From the NCBI GenBank assembly GCA_902522465.1, contig CABYVV010000005.1, positions 26,361 to 90,360 of the forward strand: a DNA stretch of 64,000 bases, in the 5' to 3' direction. Both the position numbers and the translations under genes were made by a program. Positions 10,053 to 19,009 of this stretch are shown piece after piece (positions within the stretch are counted from its first letter, which is position 1; each line of letters opens with the position of its first letter). The stretch is from an uncultured Alphaproteobacteria bacterium. GTDB lineage: Bacteria > Pseudomonadota > Alphaproteobacteria > Methylaequorales > Methylaequoraceae. Below the pieces are notes generated by a model. That model saw only the letters and a list, made by a program, of their open reading frames with translations, searched no databases and was not told the DNA's origin.

Positions 10053-10682
10053 ATGGCTGAAGAAAACAATCAAGAAAATGAAAAAAAATCCCCATTAAAA
10101 TTAATTTTAATGATAGTTGGAGGAGTTGTTCTTCTAGGATTGGGAATAGGCGTTGGTATATTCATGGGTGGAGGAGATGGTACCGATCCTTCGGCAGAAA
10201 TATCTAAAATTATTGAAAAAAAAGAAAATCCTGACGAAAAAGAAAGTAAAGAAGAAAATGAGGAAGAATTAGCAGAAGAGTGTGCTGAGGAAGAAAAAGA
10301 TGAAGAAGGGAATTGTCCAACTGGGCCAAAAAAAATTCCTAAAATCACACCTGAAGAAGAAATCTTTACAACAACGTATTACGAATTTCCAGGAAACTTT
10401 ACTGCGAATTTGAAAGGATCAAAGAAGTTTCTTCAATTATCAGTTGGAGTTTCAACTCAATATGATGAGCAAGTTATGGTGAATGTAGAAAGTCATCAAT
10501 TAGCCTTAAGGTCAGAAATTCTTACCATAATGTCAGAATTTTCATCTGAAGACATAGCCGGAAAAGATGGTAAATATAGGTTAGCAGAATCTTTAAGAGA
10601 TGGGATTAATGAAGTTTTAGTAAAAGTAGAGGGGTTTGGTGGAATTGAAAATGTACATTTCACATCCTTTGTTGTACAATAG
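10053..10682 (+). CDS. fliL: Flagellar basal-body-associated protein FliL.
   Basis: A single N-terminal TM segment (LILMIVGGVVLLGLGIGVGIFM) followed by a FliL-type periplasmic domain. It is positioned before fliM. Confidence 0.75.
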   Translation: MAEENNQENEKKSPLKLILMIVGGVVLLGLGIGVGIFMGGGDGTDPSAEISKIIEKKENPDEKESKEENEEELAEECAEEEKDEEGNCPTGPKKIPKITPEEEIFTTTYYEFPGNFTANLKGSKKFLQLSVGVSTQYDEQVMVNVESHQLALRSEILTIMSEFSSEDIAGKDGKYRLAESLRDGINEVLVKVEGFGGIENVHFTSFVVQ

Positions 10683-10696
10683 CAATTAATATAATT

Positions 10697-11677
10697 ATGA
10701 GTGAACCGTCAAGAAAATTATCAAGTGAAGAAGTAAATGCTTTAATGGATGGTTTGAAGTCTGGTGATCTCAGTGCATCTACTTCAGTCAGAGATGGCGA
10801 TGACATCGAATACAAAAAGTTCAATTTTGGATCGGATGACTTATCGCTATTGGGCGACTACTATGCTCTTCGACTAATAAATGAGAGGTTTGCAAGAACT
10901 GTTAGAGGGGTTTTTTTACCTTTACTTAGAGTTCAACCTAGAATAAGTTCTTTTCCACCTGAGGTAAAATCTTTTGAAGAATATAGTTCCGGTCTAGATG
11001 CATTTATGAGTTTGACAAACAGTAGAATAGACGAATTAAGAGGATCTATGTTAACAGTTCTTCCACCTTCTTTTGTGAGTTTGTGTACAAGTAGTAGATA
11101 TGGTGGAAAACTTGAAGTTAATGAGACAGCAAGAACAGAATTCACAGCAACAGAAGAAAAAATAATTGAGGTAATAAACAATGGTATTTCAGATGTTCTA
11201 GAGCAATGTTGGAAAGATCTAACTCCAATTTCGATAAAATTTCAGAGTAGAGAACAAAATCCCCAGTTTGCTGCTTTTGTTGAATCAACAGATCTAGTAA
11301 TAGTTTGTTCTTTCGTCATGCAGTTACCAAATATTGATTCAATGTCTTTCGATGTAGTTTACCCACTTCAAACATTAAAACCAGTTTCTTCCTTACTGAG
11401 ATCCAGAGTGCAATCTGATGTAGTAGAATCTAATATGACATGGAGAGATAAATTAGAAAAAGCAGTTTTAGAAGTTCCATTGATGGTTAAAAGTAATTTG
11501 TCAGAACCAATAGTTTCAATGTCAAAATTACTTAGGATGAAATCTGGTGATACCCTCGCTGTCAACCTTGAGGATACTGTAGATTTTTATGTAGAAAATC
11601 AGAAATACTTTAAAGCAGAAATGGGAGAACTAAATGGTAATGCCTCAGTTAAACTTTCAAATAGAATAAACAATTAA
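10697..11677 (+). CDS. fliM: Flagellar motor switch protein FliM.
   Basis: An N-terminal CheY-P binding motif (LSSEEVNALMDGL), a CheC-like middle domain and a C-terminal SpoA-like region. Confidence 0.85.
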   Translation: MSEPSRKLSSEEVNALMDGLKSGDLSASTSVRDGDDIEYKKFNFGSDDLSLLGDYYALRLINERFARTVRGVFLPLLRVQPRISSFPPEVKSFEEYSSGLDAFMSLTNSRIDELRGSMLTVLPPSFVSLCTSSRYGGKLEVNETARTEFTATEEKIIEVINNGISDVLEQCWKDLTPISIKFQSREQNPQFAAFVESTDLVIVCSFVMQLPNIDSMSFDVVYPLQTLKPVSSLLRSRVQSDVVESNMTWRDKLEKAVLEVPLMVKSNLSEPIVSMSKLLRMKSGDTLAVNLEDTVDFYVENQKYFKAEMGELNGNASVKLSNRINN

Positions 11678-11688
11678 GGAGAAAAATT

Positions 11689-12090
11689 ATGAATGCAGAA
11701 ACAGTAGAAAAAGAACAAAACCCAACTGCAGAGGCGAAAGAAAACGCAGCAGAAAAGGAAGCTTCAACTAATGAAAATCCTGTTGACAACAAAGAAGAAT
11801 CAAATAAAAAAGTAGAAACAAACTCTGCCGCTGTAAGTAATCTTCGACTCCTAGAAAATATCGAAGTTAGACTTACTGTTGAAGTTGGAAATACAGAAAT
11901 AAAAATAAAAGATCTTCTAAGATTAAATGAAGGATCAGTTATTGAACTTGATCGTTTAGCTGGCGACGCACTAGATATACTAGCTAATGGAACTAAAATT
12001 GCCAAAGGCGAAGTTGTAATGGTAGGAGAAAAATTCGGTATAAGATTCACAGAAGTTGCAACTCCTGAAGAACTTATGCAGAACTTGTAG
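11689..12090 (+). CDS. fliN: Flagellar motor switch protein FliN.
   Basis: A C-terminal SpoA/FliN domain (VRLTVEVGNTEIKIKDLLRLNEGSVIELDRLAGDALDILANGTKIAKGEVV). Confidence 0.85.
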   Translation: MNAETVEKEQNPTAEAKENAAEKEASTNENPVDNKEESNKKVETNSAAVSNLRLLENIEVRLTVEVGNTEIKIKDLLRLNEGSVIELDRLAGDALDILANGTKIAKGEVVMVGEKFGIRFTEVATPEELMQNL

Positions 12091-12168
12091 CGTCATCTAT
12101 TTGACGTCAATATTTTAAGTTTTTTTTTTTTCAATAAAATCAATTGTTTAGATAACTTTATTTATAAA

Positions 12169-12184
12169 CGGCAAAGTTCTTGCA
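12169..12184 (+). promoter_or_regulatory. Putative sigma-54 promoter for fliO-fliP-fliQ-fliR-flhB.
   Basis: CGGCAA-agttc-TTGCA with GG(12170-71)-N10-GC(12182-83) spacing, about 35 nt upstream of the fliO start. Confidence 0.5.
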
Positions 12185-12217
12185 TCTTATTTCTAAAAAA
12201 TTTAAGAAGAGGGAAAA

Positions 12218-12541
12218 ATGCCAGAATATACAGGTCCAAGTTTATCAAACTATTTATTAGTCTTAGGTTTCCTAGCATTGTTATTTATAGGATTCTATTA
12301 CATCAAGAAAAACAGACACATAATTTCTAAAACAATCAATTCCAAAAGAAGAATGAAAGTATCTGAGGTAACTGTGTTAGGTCAGGGAGACAGAGCCTTA
12401 ATCTTAAACTTAGATGATAAAGATTACTTATTCATTTCCGGTAAGAACTCAGGTGCTTTATTAACAGAGATTAAGCATAAAAGTATTAAAACAAATAACC
12501 TTGAAAAGGTGTTTGAAAAAAGGCTAATGAATGAAAAATAG
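12218..12541 (+). CDS. fliO: Flagellar biosynthesis protein FliO.
   Basis: 107 aa with a single TM helix (YLLVLGFLALLFIGFYYI), located immediately before fliP and overlapping it slightly. Confidence 0.55.
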   Translation: MPEYTGPSLSNYLLVLGFLALLFIGFYYIKKNRHIISKTINSKRRMKVSEVTVLGQGDRALILNLDDKDYLFISGKNSGALLTEIKHKSIKTNNLEKVFEKRLMNEK

Positions 12542-13274
12542 TTTAATTATTTTCTTTCTGGTATTTTTACCTACCTTAGCTTTCTCACAGGTTGCTCCTC
12601 AAGGACTTGAGGCTTTAACTATTACAGAATCTGCAAATGGAACAAAAACCTATTCTGTGTCTTTAAAAATTCTTGCCTTGATGACTGCTCTAACAATTCT
12701 TCCATCATTAGTACTTGGCATGACTGCATTTACTAGGATTATAATTGTAATGTCAATTTTAAGACAAGCACTTGGCACTCAACAAACACCCCCCAATCAA
12801 ATATTAGTAGCGATTTCATTATTTTTGACATTTTTTATAATGGCTCCAACTTTCAATAAAATTTATTCGGATGTTTCAGGACCTTACAATAAAGGTGAAA
12901 TGAACCTTACTGAGGCAGTGGAGAGTGGTGGAGGTGAATTAAAAAAATTTATGATTAAAAATACAAGAAAAAATGATTTACTAATGTTTTCACAGATGGC
13001 TAATGAAGGTGATTTTGAAGATAGCACTCAAGTTCCATTTTACATAGTTCTTCCGGCTTATATAACAAGTGAATTGAAAACCGCCTTTCAGATTGGGTTC
13101 TTACTTTTTTTACCTTTTCTTGTAATTGATATGGTGGTTGCATCAGTCCTAATGTCGCTTGGAATGATGATGTTATCACCAATGTTGATTGCACTACCAT
13201 TTAAATTACTTTTATTTGTGTTAGTAGATGGTTGGTCAATGACCGTTGGATCTCTTGTAGGAACTTTTTCATAG
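12531..13274 (+). CDS. fliP: Flagellar export apparatus protein FliP.
   Basis: A signal peptide plus the conserved FliP core (LTALTILPSLVLGMTAFTRIIIVMSILRQALGTQQTPPNQIL). Confidence 0.9.
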   Translation: MKNSLIIFFLVFLPTLAFSQVAPQGLEALTITESANGTKTYSVSLKILALMTALTILPSLVLGMTAFTRIIIVMSILRQALGTQQTPPNQILVAISLFLTFFIMAPTFNKIYSDVSGPYNKGEMNLTEAVESGGGELKKFMIKNTRKNDLLMFSQMANEGDFEDSTQVPFYIVLPAYITSELKTAFQIGFLLFLPFLVIDMVVASVLMSLGMMMLSPMLIALPFKLLLFVLVDGWSMTVGSLVGTFS

Positions 13275-13292
13275 TTTACTGAGGAGAATAAA

Positions 13293-13559
13293 ATGGGATT
13301 TGATGAAAACGTTGAAATGATAAGATTAGCTTTCTACCAGGTGCTAATATCAAGTGGTCCATTTTTAGGAGCAGCATTAGCAATTGGATTAATAATAGGA
13401 ATTGTTCAAGCAGCCACCTCTATTCAGGAAATGACCTTAAGCTTTGTACCAAAAATTGTAATTGTAATTTTCGCAATTGGTTTTCTTGCAAATTTTCTTT
13501 TAGTGAGTTTAACAGACTATTTTAATTTTATATTTGATACGATATCAGGTATCAATTAA
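13293..13559 (+). CDS. fliQ: Flagellar export apparatus protein FliQ.
   Basis: An 88 aa protein with two TM segments, of the FliQ family. Confidence 0.85.
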   Translation: MGFDENVEMIRLAFYQVLISSGPFLGAALAIGLIIGIVQAATSIQEMTLSFVPKIVIVIFAIGFLANFLLVSLTDYFNFIFDTISGIN

Positions 13560-14374
13560 TGTTTATTCCCCTACCCTTTTATAATCCAATGGATGCTCTA
13601 CCTGGTCTTGAGCTTAATTCAGTTTTAGAATATTTATTTAAATTTTTTTTATGTTCAGTTAGGCTCTCAGCATTTTTTATTTCAAGTCCTTTTTTTGGAT
13701 CAAGAGTAATTCCACTCAATATTAAAATTTTATTCTCTTTAGTAATATCTTTTTTTTATTTTGGATATCTATCTGATATTGAAATTTCAAAACAAGTTTT
13801 AGATCATCTATTTATAATTGTAATTGTTGAAGCACTTATTGGGCTAGCACTTGGCTTAACTCTAACGATTTGGTTTGCTGCTGCCAGTTTAGCTGGTGAA
13901 AAAATTGCATCTACAACTGGTCTGGGTTTTTCTCAAATGGTTGATCCTGATACTGGAGGACAGACACCGGTAATAAGTTTAATAATGGATTTGTTTCTTG
14001 TGACTATTTTTCTTTCACTTAACGGGCACCTTATAGCAATTGAATTTTTATTTAAAAGTTTTGAAATTTTTAACATCAACAGTGGACTTCCTCCCATTGG
14101 ATTGGTTGGTTTAGGAATAGAAGCTGCTGGAGCAATGTTCTATACCGGTGGGCTAATTATGCTACCAGTTGTTGGAGCACTTTTAATGACTAATATTGCT
14201 GTAGGAATAATAACAAGAGCTGCTCCCCAATTGAATATGTTTTCTTTTGCTTTTCCAGTAACTATGATTTTAGCTTTCTTCATAATGTATATTTCCTCCC
14301 AATCAATTGGTAATGCTTTTGCTGAATTAACAAAAAGCTCACTTGAATCAATAGAAAACATTCTATCTAACTAA
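13559..14374 (+). CDS. fliR: Flagellar export apparatus protein FliR.
   Basis: A 271 aa polytopic membrane protein, start-overlapped with fliQ, of the FliR family. Confidence 0.85.
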   Translation: MFIPLPFYNPMDALPGLELNSVLEYLFKFFLCSVRLSAFFISSPFFGSRVIPLNIKILFSLVISFFYFGYLSDIEISKQVLDHLFIIVIVEALIGLALGLTLTIWFAAASLAGEKIASTTGLGFSQMVDPDTGGQTPVISLIMDLFLVTIFLSLNGHLIAIEFLFKSFEIFNINSGLPPIGLVGLGIEAAGAMFYTGGLIMLPVVGALLMTNIAVGIITRAAPQLNMFSFAFPVTMILAFFIMYISSQSIGNAFAELTKSSLESIENILSN

Positions 14375-14385
14375 AAGGTTTCACT

Positions 14386-15537
14386 ATGGCAGAAGATAGA
14401 GACGAAAGTCAGGAAAAAACACAAGAACCCACACCCAGACGATTGGAAAAAGCCAAGGAGGATGGGAAAGTCTTATCTTCTAAGGAAGCATTTGTGTTTA
14501 CTTCAATGTTTGTTGGGGTATTACTATTTTATTTATCACCAATGTTATTGGATGATTTTCTAAAGATATGTAAATCTTTTTTTTCATTTGGACCTGAAGT
14601 AGCAAATGGAAAATCTCCTTTAGAATCTATGGCTACGGTTATTAGGTTTTTATTACAAGTTTTTTTGATTTTCTCAATACCACTCCTTATTGTAAGCATC
14701 ATTACACAATTTGTTGTGGGTGGTATAAATTTTTCAATAAAGTCTATTTATTGGAAATTTGAAAAATTGAATCCAATAAAAGGATTAAAAAGAATTTTTT
14801 CGATAAAAGGTTTGGTTGAATTAATAAAAGCAATTCTAAAAGTTACATTGCTTGGCGCTGTATCTTTTTTTGTAATCAACAAATATTTACCAGACATTAC
14901 AAATTTAACGAGCGCCAATATTTTTTCTGCAGTTAATAGAATGACTTCTTTTTTTCCTGAGTTAGCTCTTGCTCTTATGTTAGTTCTGGCATTTCTTGCA
15001 ATTATAGACGTGATTTATCAAAAATATGATTATATCAAACAATTAAGAATGTCCCATCAAGATCTTAAAGACGAATACAAGGAAACAGATGGACAACCAG
15101 AAGTAAAACAAAAAATTAGAAAATTACAAGCTCAAGCTGCAATGAAAGGAAGAAAGGAAGCTTCATCAGTTGATGATTTAAAAGAAGCAACAGCAATAAT
15201 AACAAACCCAACCCATTTTGCCGTAGCATTAAAATACGAGGTAGGTGAATCAACAGCTCCAATAATAATTTCTAAAGGAAGAGGTAAAAATGCCGAATCA
15301 ATTATTAAAAAAGGAAAAGAACTTGAAATAGGAACAATGCAAAGTCCAAAATTAGCAAGGGCTCTTTATTACACATGCGAAATTGGAGATGAAATAATTA
15401 GTAAACTTTACAATGCAGTTGCTATTGCATTAGCTTATATTTATAAAGTAAATAACGGAGAAGAAATCGAGAAACCAGAAATTGAGTTGCCAGAAGATAT
15501 GATTTATGACGAATTTGGAAGAAAAAATGATAAATAG
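14386..15537 (+). CDS. flhB: Flagellar export switch protein FlhB.
   Basis: An N-terminus MAEDRDESQEKTQEPTPRRLEKAKEDG, four TM segments and the NPTH autocleavage motif (ITNPTHFAVALKY). Confidence 0.9.
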   Translation: MAEDRDESQEKTQEPTPRRLEKAKEDGKVLSSKEAFVFTSMFVGVLLFYLSPMLLDDFLKICKSFFSFGPEVANGKSPLESMATVIRFLLQVFLIFSIPLLIVSIITQFVVGGINFSIKSIYWKFEKLNPIKGLKRIFSIKGLVELIKAILKVTLLGAVSFFVINKYLPDITNLTSANIFSAVNRMTSFFPELALALMLVLAFLAIIDVIYQKYDYIKQLRMSHQDLKDEYKETDGQPEVKQKIRKLQAQAAMKGRKEASSVDDLKEATAIITNPTHFAVALKYEVGESTAPIIISKGRGKNAESIIKKGKELEIGTMQSPKLARALYYTCEIGDEIISKLYNAVAIALAYIYKVNNGEEIEKPEIELPEDMIYDEFGRKNDK

Positions 15538-15748
15538 AGGAATTTCTCAACTCATTGTAACAATAGCATTTTTTTATAGCTCTATTATATGTCATTTTAA
15601 AGCTATGGAATTAATTGAAGAAAATAAATTGTTTTTTGCTATTTTTTTGTGGTTTTGTTCTTTTTCTTCTTTTTGTGGCGCATTAAGATTTCAAATAGCA
15701 AAAATGGTTTATAAATTAAGGGATTATTTAAAAAATGAATCAAAATAA
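15506..15748 (+). CDS. Hypothetical small membrane protein with two TM helices.
   Basis: An 80 aa ORF overlapping the 3' end of flhB. It fills what would otherwise be an unusually long gap for this genome. No homology is recognised. Confidence 0.25.
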   Translation: MTNLEEKMINRGISQLIVTIAFFYSSIICHFKAMELIEENKLFFAIFLWFCSFSSFCGALRFQIAKMVYKLRDYLKNESK

Positions 15749-15935
15749 CTGCAGCATTTGTATGCATTTTTATGTGACATACAAAAAAAATTTTCCTTAC
15801 GGATGCAAAGCATTCGGAATAATATCAAAAAATAACCCATATTCCGAAATTAAAAAAGTTTCTGGCACAAATTGTGCACTATTTTCAAAAAAAATAAAAA
15901 ATGATAAAATAAAGATAAAAGGAAGAATTGCATGA
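15735..15935 (+). CDS. Hypothetical small Cys-containing protein, possibly a zinc ribbon. It may be spurious.
   Basis: A 66 aa ORF with CSIC...GC...NC residues. A sigma-54 promoter lies inside it, and it was kept only because the genome is so compact. Confidence 0.2.
   Translation: MNQNNCSICMHFYVTYKKNFPYGCKAFGIISKNNPYSEIKKVSGTNCALFSKKIKNDKIKIKGRIA
15863..15879 (+). promoter_or_regulatory. Sigma-54 promoter for the three-gene operon of unknown function (15932-18053).
   Basis: TGGCAC-aaatt-GTGCA with GG(15864-65)-N10-GC(15876-77) spacing, about 55 nt upstream of the ATG at 15932. Confidence 0.55.
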
Positions 15936-16657
15936 CACAACAACTTAATGCAATGCAAGAAAGCATAAAGATAGCGCTTGACGCAGCAGATGCTGCTACT
16001 GATGTAACATCTGAATACAAAAGAATAAAAAATGAATATTTAAAAACGGAGCAAAAAATGAAAGAAATCCATAAATATACTACTATCATTTTTTCGGGTT
16101 CTATTGCGACAGCAGTAATTGCAATAATCTTAACAGGATTATTATATTTTAAATCTCTATCAGAGCTAGAGGAGATGACGAGTACTAGTAGAGAAGCACT
16201 AGTTGTATTTGCTGAAAATGTTGAAAATGTTAATAAAGCAGTTGATAACATGAACTCTAGTCTTGCAAGACACACTGACCTACTCAATGCAAGCGAAGAA
16301 ATGAAAACTAAAATCGAAGAACTTTCCTCTGCCATTAATTCTAATGATAAGAAGCTAATGATTAACTTATCCAAAGAAATTACAAATTTATCTAGCGGTT
16401 TATCTAAATCAATAAAAAACGAAACCGAAAAGCTCGGAAAATCAATTCAGGAGTCAGGAGTTATGACTTCAGCTAGTGTTAATAAAGAAATTGGAAAGTT
16501 ATTGAAAGATAATAAAAAAAACCAAAATGTTAAATTATTAAAAGAACTTTCTAACAGCACTTCTTCGCTAAATGCAGCATTAGAGGCAATTTCAAGTCAA
16601 AATAAGCTTTTAGTTAAAGAAATTAAAGACCAAAAAGAAAACATTACTTTCCCATAA
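15932..16657 (+). CDS. Hypothetical membrane-anchored coiled-coil protein with a single TM segment near residue 50-73.
   Basis: 241 aa. It has a TM segment (TTIIFSGSIATAVIAIILTGLLYF) followed by a long heptad-rich S/N/K/E region. It is the first gene behind a sigma-54 promoter directly downstream of flhB. Confidence 0.6.
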   Translation: MTQQLNAMQESIKIALDAADAATDVTSEYKRIKNEYLKTEQKMKEIHKYTTIIFSGSIATAVIAIILTGLLYFKSLSELEEMTSTSREALVVFAENVENVNKAVDNMNSSLARHTDLLNASEEMKTKIEELSSAINSNDKKLMINLSKEITNLSSGLSKSIKNETEKLGKSIQESGVMTSASVNKEIGKLLKDNKKNQNVKLLKELSNSTSSLNAALEAISSQNKLLVKEIKDQKENITFP

Positions 16658-16661
16658 AAAA

Positions 16662-17444
16662 ATGGCTGAAAAAGAAGAAGGAAATTTTCTAATAAAGATA
16701 GATAAATTAGTCAATGGGAGTTATGCATTCAAGGTCTTCCTTAAACCAAATGATATCATTGTAGCTTTAGACAACCAGTTCTACACTTTTGGAGAAAAAC
16801 AATTAACCTCTGACCTTAAAGAAATAAAAACAAATCAACAAAAAGCTATTCTAACAGTTCTTCGTGATGATATTTTTTTTGACTTAAAAGTTGAAAAAAG
16901 CCTTGGTTGTAAGTTCGTGACAACTACCAAAGATGAAACTACCAAAATTAAGTCTTTATATTCTTCCAGAAAAATTTACGAAACTGAAGAACTTAATGAA
17001 TATATTGCTATGCGAGATGTTTACAGAAATTATGAAATAATAGAAAATTCGAGTTCATTATCAGCGGGAATTTTTCCTCCCTTATGGCTTGCTTACTCAC
17101 AAAAATGGTGGGTGCTATTTTTATTAGTTGCGATCATGGGAATTTCTCTTTGTGTAAATTCATACCTTTTTTTATTGGGTTGGTTGCTCACCTCTATATA
17201 TTGCTACAAAGCTCAACTGAATTTGCTTTTTAGCTTTTCTATGCTTGAAGGAAAAGTTTTTTGCATGAAATTGGTTGCTAGCTCAATGGATGAAGCACAA
17301 AAAATAGTTAGACAACTTGATCCAAAATCTAAATTCAAATTCACAAAACTTCCAAATCCTCTAATTGAAGAAGTAGACGAAAAAAAGGACAAGAAAGAAG
17401 ATAAAGAAAACATTGTTGATGAAAAAGAAACTGTAATAGTGTAG
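16662..17444 (+). CDS. Hypothetical membrane protein with an N-terminal PDZ-like soluble domain, two TM helices and an acidic C-tail.
   Basis: 260 aa and translationally close-coupled to the upstream gene. The TM region is WWVLFLLVAIMGISLCVNSYLFLLGWLLTSIY. Confidence 0.55.
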   Translation: MAEKEEGNFLIKIDKLVNGSYAFKVFLKPNDIIVALDNQFYTFGEKQLTSDLKEIKTNQQKAILTVLRDDIFFDLKVEKSLGCKFVTTTKDETTKIKSLYSSRKIYETEELNEYIAMRDVYRNYEIIENSSSLSAGIFPPLWLAYSQKWWVLFLLVAIMGISLCVNSYLFLLGWLLTSIYCYKAQLNLLFSFSMLEGKVFCMKLVASSMDEAQKIVRQLDPKSKFKFTKLPNPLIEEVDEKKDKKEDKENIVDEKETVIV

Positions 17445-17453
17445 TATCAACTC

Positions 17454-18053
17454 ATGGTTGCAGATAAATATACTATACAAGCCGAGACTTTGATGAAGGC
17501 TGCAATTGAAGATTACACTGAAATAATTCAAGAAGTAAAATCTTCAGATGCAAATCTTACAACACTTAAAGGAATCCGAATAAATATCCAAGGAAAACCA
17601 AGAAGGTTAGTTGATGTTGGAGATATTAAAAAAACTGAAAATGAAAATGTTGTTCAAATACTAGTTTTTAATACTGATCATATTCCACTTCTAACCGAGA
17701 AGATTGATGAAGTAGAATTTAATTATGAAGTAGATGGACAATTTATTAACACAGACTTACCTGAACCAGGTTACAAACAATTAATGGAAGTAGTCGATGA
17801 TCTAAATAGAAAGAAAAATTCTGCCAATGCAAGATTGACAAAAGCCAAATCAGAAGCAACGACTAGAGCAAGAACAGCTCTTGAAAATGATTTTATTTCA
17901 CAGGGGGTTGCTAATGCTGTCTCGAGAAAATGTTCTGAAATGTACGAACTATACTCATCCCAAATAGACGAACTTACAATGCAAAAAATCAATGATATTT
18001 TAGGTGATGAATATTTTGAAAAATATAAAAAAGAAGAGTTAGACTTAGAGTAA
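17454..18053 (+). CDS. Hypothetical soluble protein, the third gene of the sigma-54 operon.
   Basis: 199 aa with balanced composition and no recognised domain. Confidence 0.55.
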   Translation: MVADKYTIQAETLMKAAIEDYTEIIQEVKSSDANLTTLKGIRINIQGKPRRLVDVGDIKKTENENVVQILVFNTDHIPLLTEKIDEVEFNYEVDGQFINTDLPEPGYKQLMEVVDDLNRKKNSANARLTKAKSEATTRARTALENDFISQGVANAVSRKCSEMYELYSSQIDELTMQKINDILGDEYFEKYKKEELDLE

Positions 18054-18054
18054 A

Positions 18055-19008
18055 TTAAAGTTTTAAATTCAAATTTGATCCTTTAATTTTTAATTCTTGA
18101 TTAAGATATTTTTGTTTCATAACATTTTTATTATCCTGCATATTAGCTTTTTCATTTAATTCATTGGGTTGCCATATTGGATAATCAAAGTTTATCTCCC
18201 TAAATTGCTGAATCTTATTTCTATCTACTTCATCCACCTTTTGAGAAACATCAATTTTCTTTTTCTCAGTATTTACAAAAGGTTTTATATCAACTTTTTT
18301 ATCATAATTTGTTGGATTTTTTTGAATTAGTTTTGGAATTTCTCTATTGGAATCTTTAAGATTATTTTCATATCTTGAAGCAGATTTCAACAAATCGAAA
18401 CTAGCCAACTCTTTATTATCTTTTTCATTAGTGATAGATTCTTTGATTGAACTAATTTTATTTTGTTTATCATTTTTTGTTAATTCAGCATTAATAGAGC
18501 TAGAACTTAACTGACTCCTTCTCCACCATTCTCCAGTTTCATTTTTGGTATAATATTTAAGGTTAGTATTATTTTTTTTGTTTTCAGCTACATTACTATT
18601 TTCAAAATTCTTTTCTTTGTCTTTCCATAGATTACTTATTCCACTGGCATCAAGAGCAAGTTCAGTTGGAGTTTTGTCAAAGATTTTATTAAAAACCCAA
18701 TTTCCAAATCCAACCATTGCCCCTATTGGGCCACCGTACATAAATCCACCCAGACTATTTTGAATGAGATCTCTATCAGATTTATCATCATCAGAGTTCA
18801 TACTTGAGTAAATACCACTTACAAGAGGAAGATTTTGTAGTGGGTTTACAAGACCTCTAAACCAATCCCAAAATGACGATGTAGCTGTTTGATCTTTATT
18901 TTCTTGATTATTACTAATAGAAGTCTTTGTTTCTAAATTTTCATTAATTTTTTTAATTTGAAACTTTTGATTTTTAATTGAATGAAATGGGCTGTCTTGA
19001 ATATTCAT
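18055..19008 (-). CDS. Hypothetical protein, the last gene of the motA-motB operon.
   Basis: 317 aa with a 1 nt gap to the motB stop. It has a Gly-rich hydrophobic patch (GGFMYGGPIGAMVGFGNWVF) and no recognised domain. Confidence 0.55.
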   Translation of the reverse strand: MNIQDSPFHSIKNQKFQIKKINENLETKTSISNNQENKDQTATSSFWDWFRGLVNPLQNLPLVSGIYSSMNSDDDKSDRDLIQNSLGGFMYGGPIGAMVGFGNWVFNKIFDKTPTELALDASGISNLWKDKEKNFENSNVAENKKNNTNLKYYTKNETGEWWRRSQLSSSSINAELTKNDKQNKISSIKESITNEKDNKELASFDLLKSASRYENNLKDSNREIPKLIQKNPTNYDKKVDIKPFVNTEKKKIDVSQKVDEVDRNKIQQFREINFDYPIWQPNELNEKANMQDNKNVMKQKYLNQELKIKGSNLNLKL

Positions 19009-19009
19009 T

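Noticed and set aside
12095-12137. A TGACGTCA palindrome plus a T12 run after fliN, considered as a possible rho-independent terminator.
   Set aside because: The stem is only 4-6 bp and lies about 15 nt from the T-run. The T-run is more simply read as an A/T tract upstream of the fliO sigma-54 promoter. It was left unannotated.
3666-14361. Many 60-160 aa ORFs inside flagellar genes on the opposite or alternate frames. They are 3666-3950, 5306-5548, 5579-5794, 6990-7190, 7265-7738, 8285-8509, 9416-9781, 10070-10348, 10933-11181, 11368-11565, 11649-12050, 13000-13200 and 14140-14361.
   Set aside because: They are fully embedded in well-supported CDSs and have low-complexity, antisense-like composition. 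This is expected from long AT-rich ORFs.
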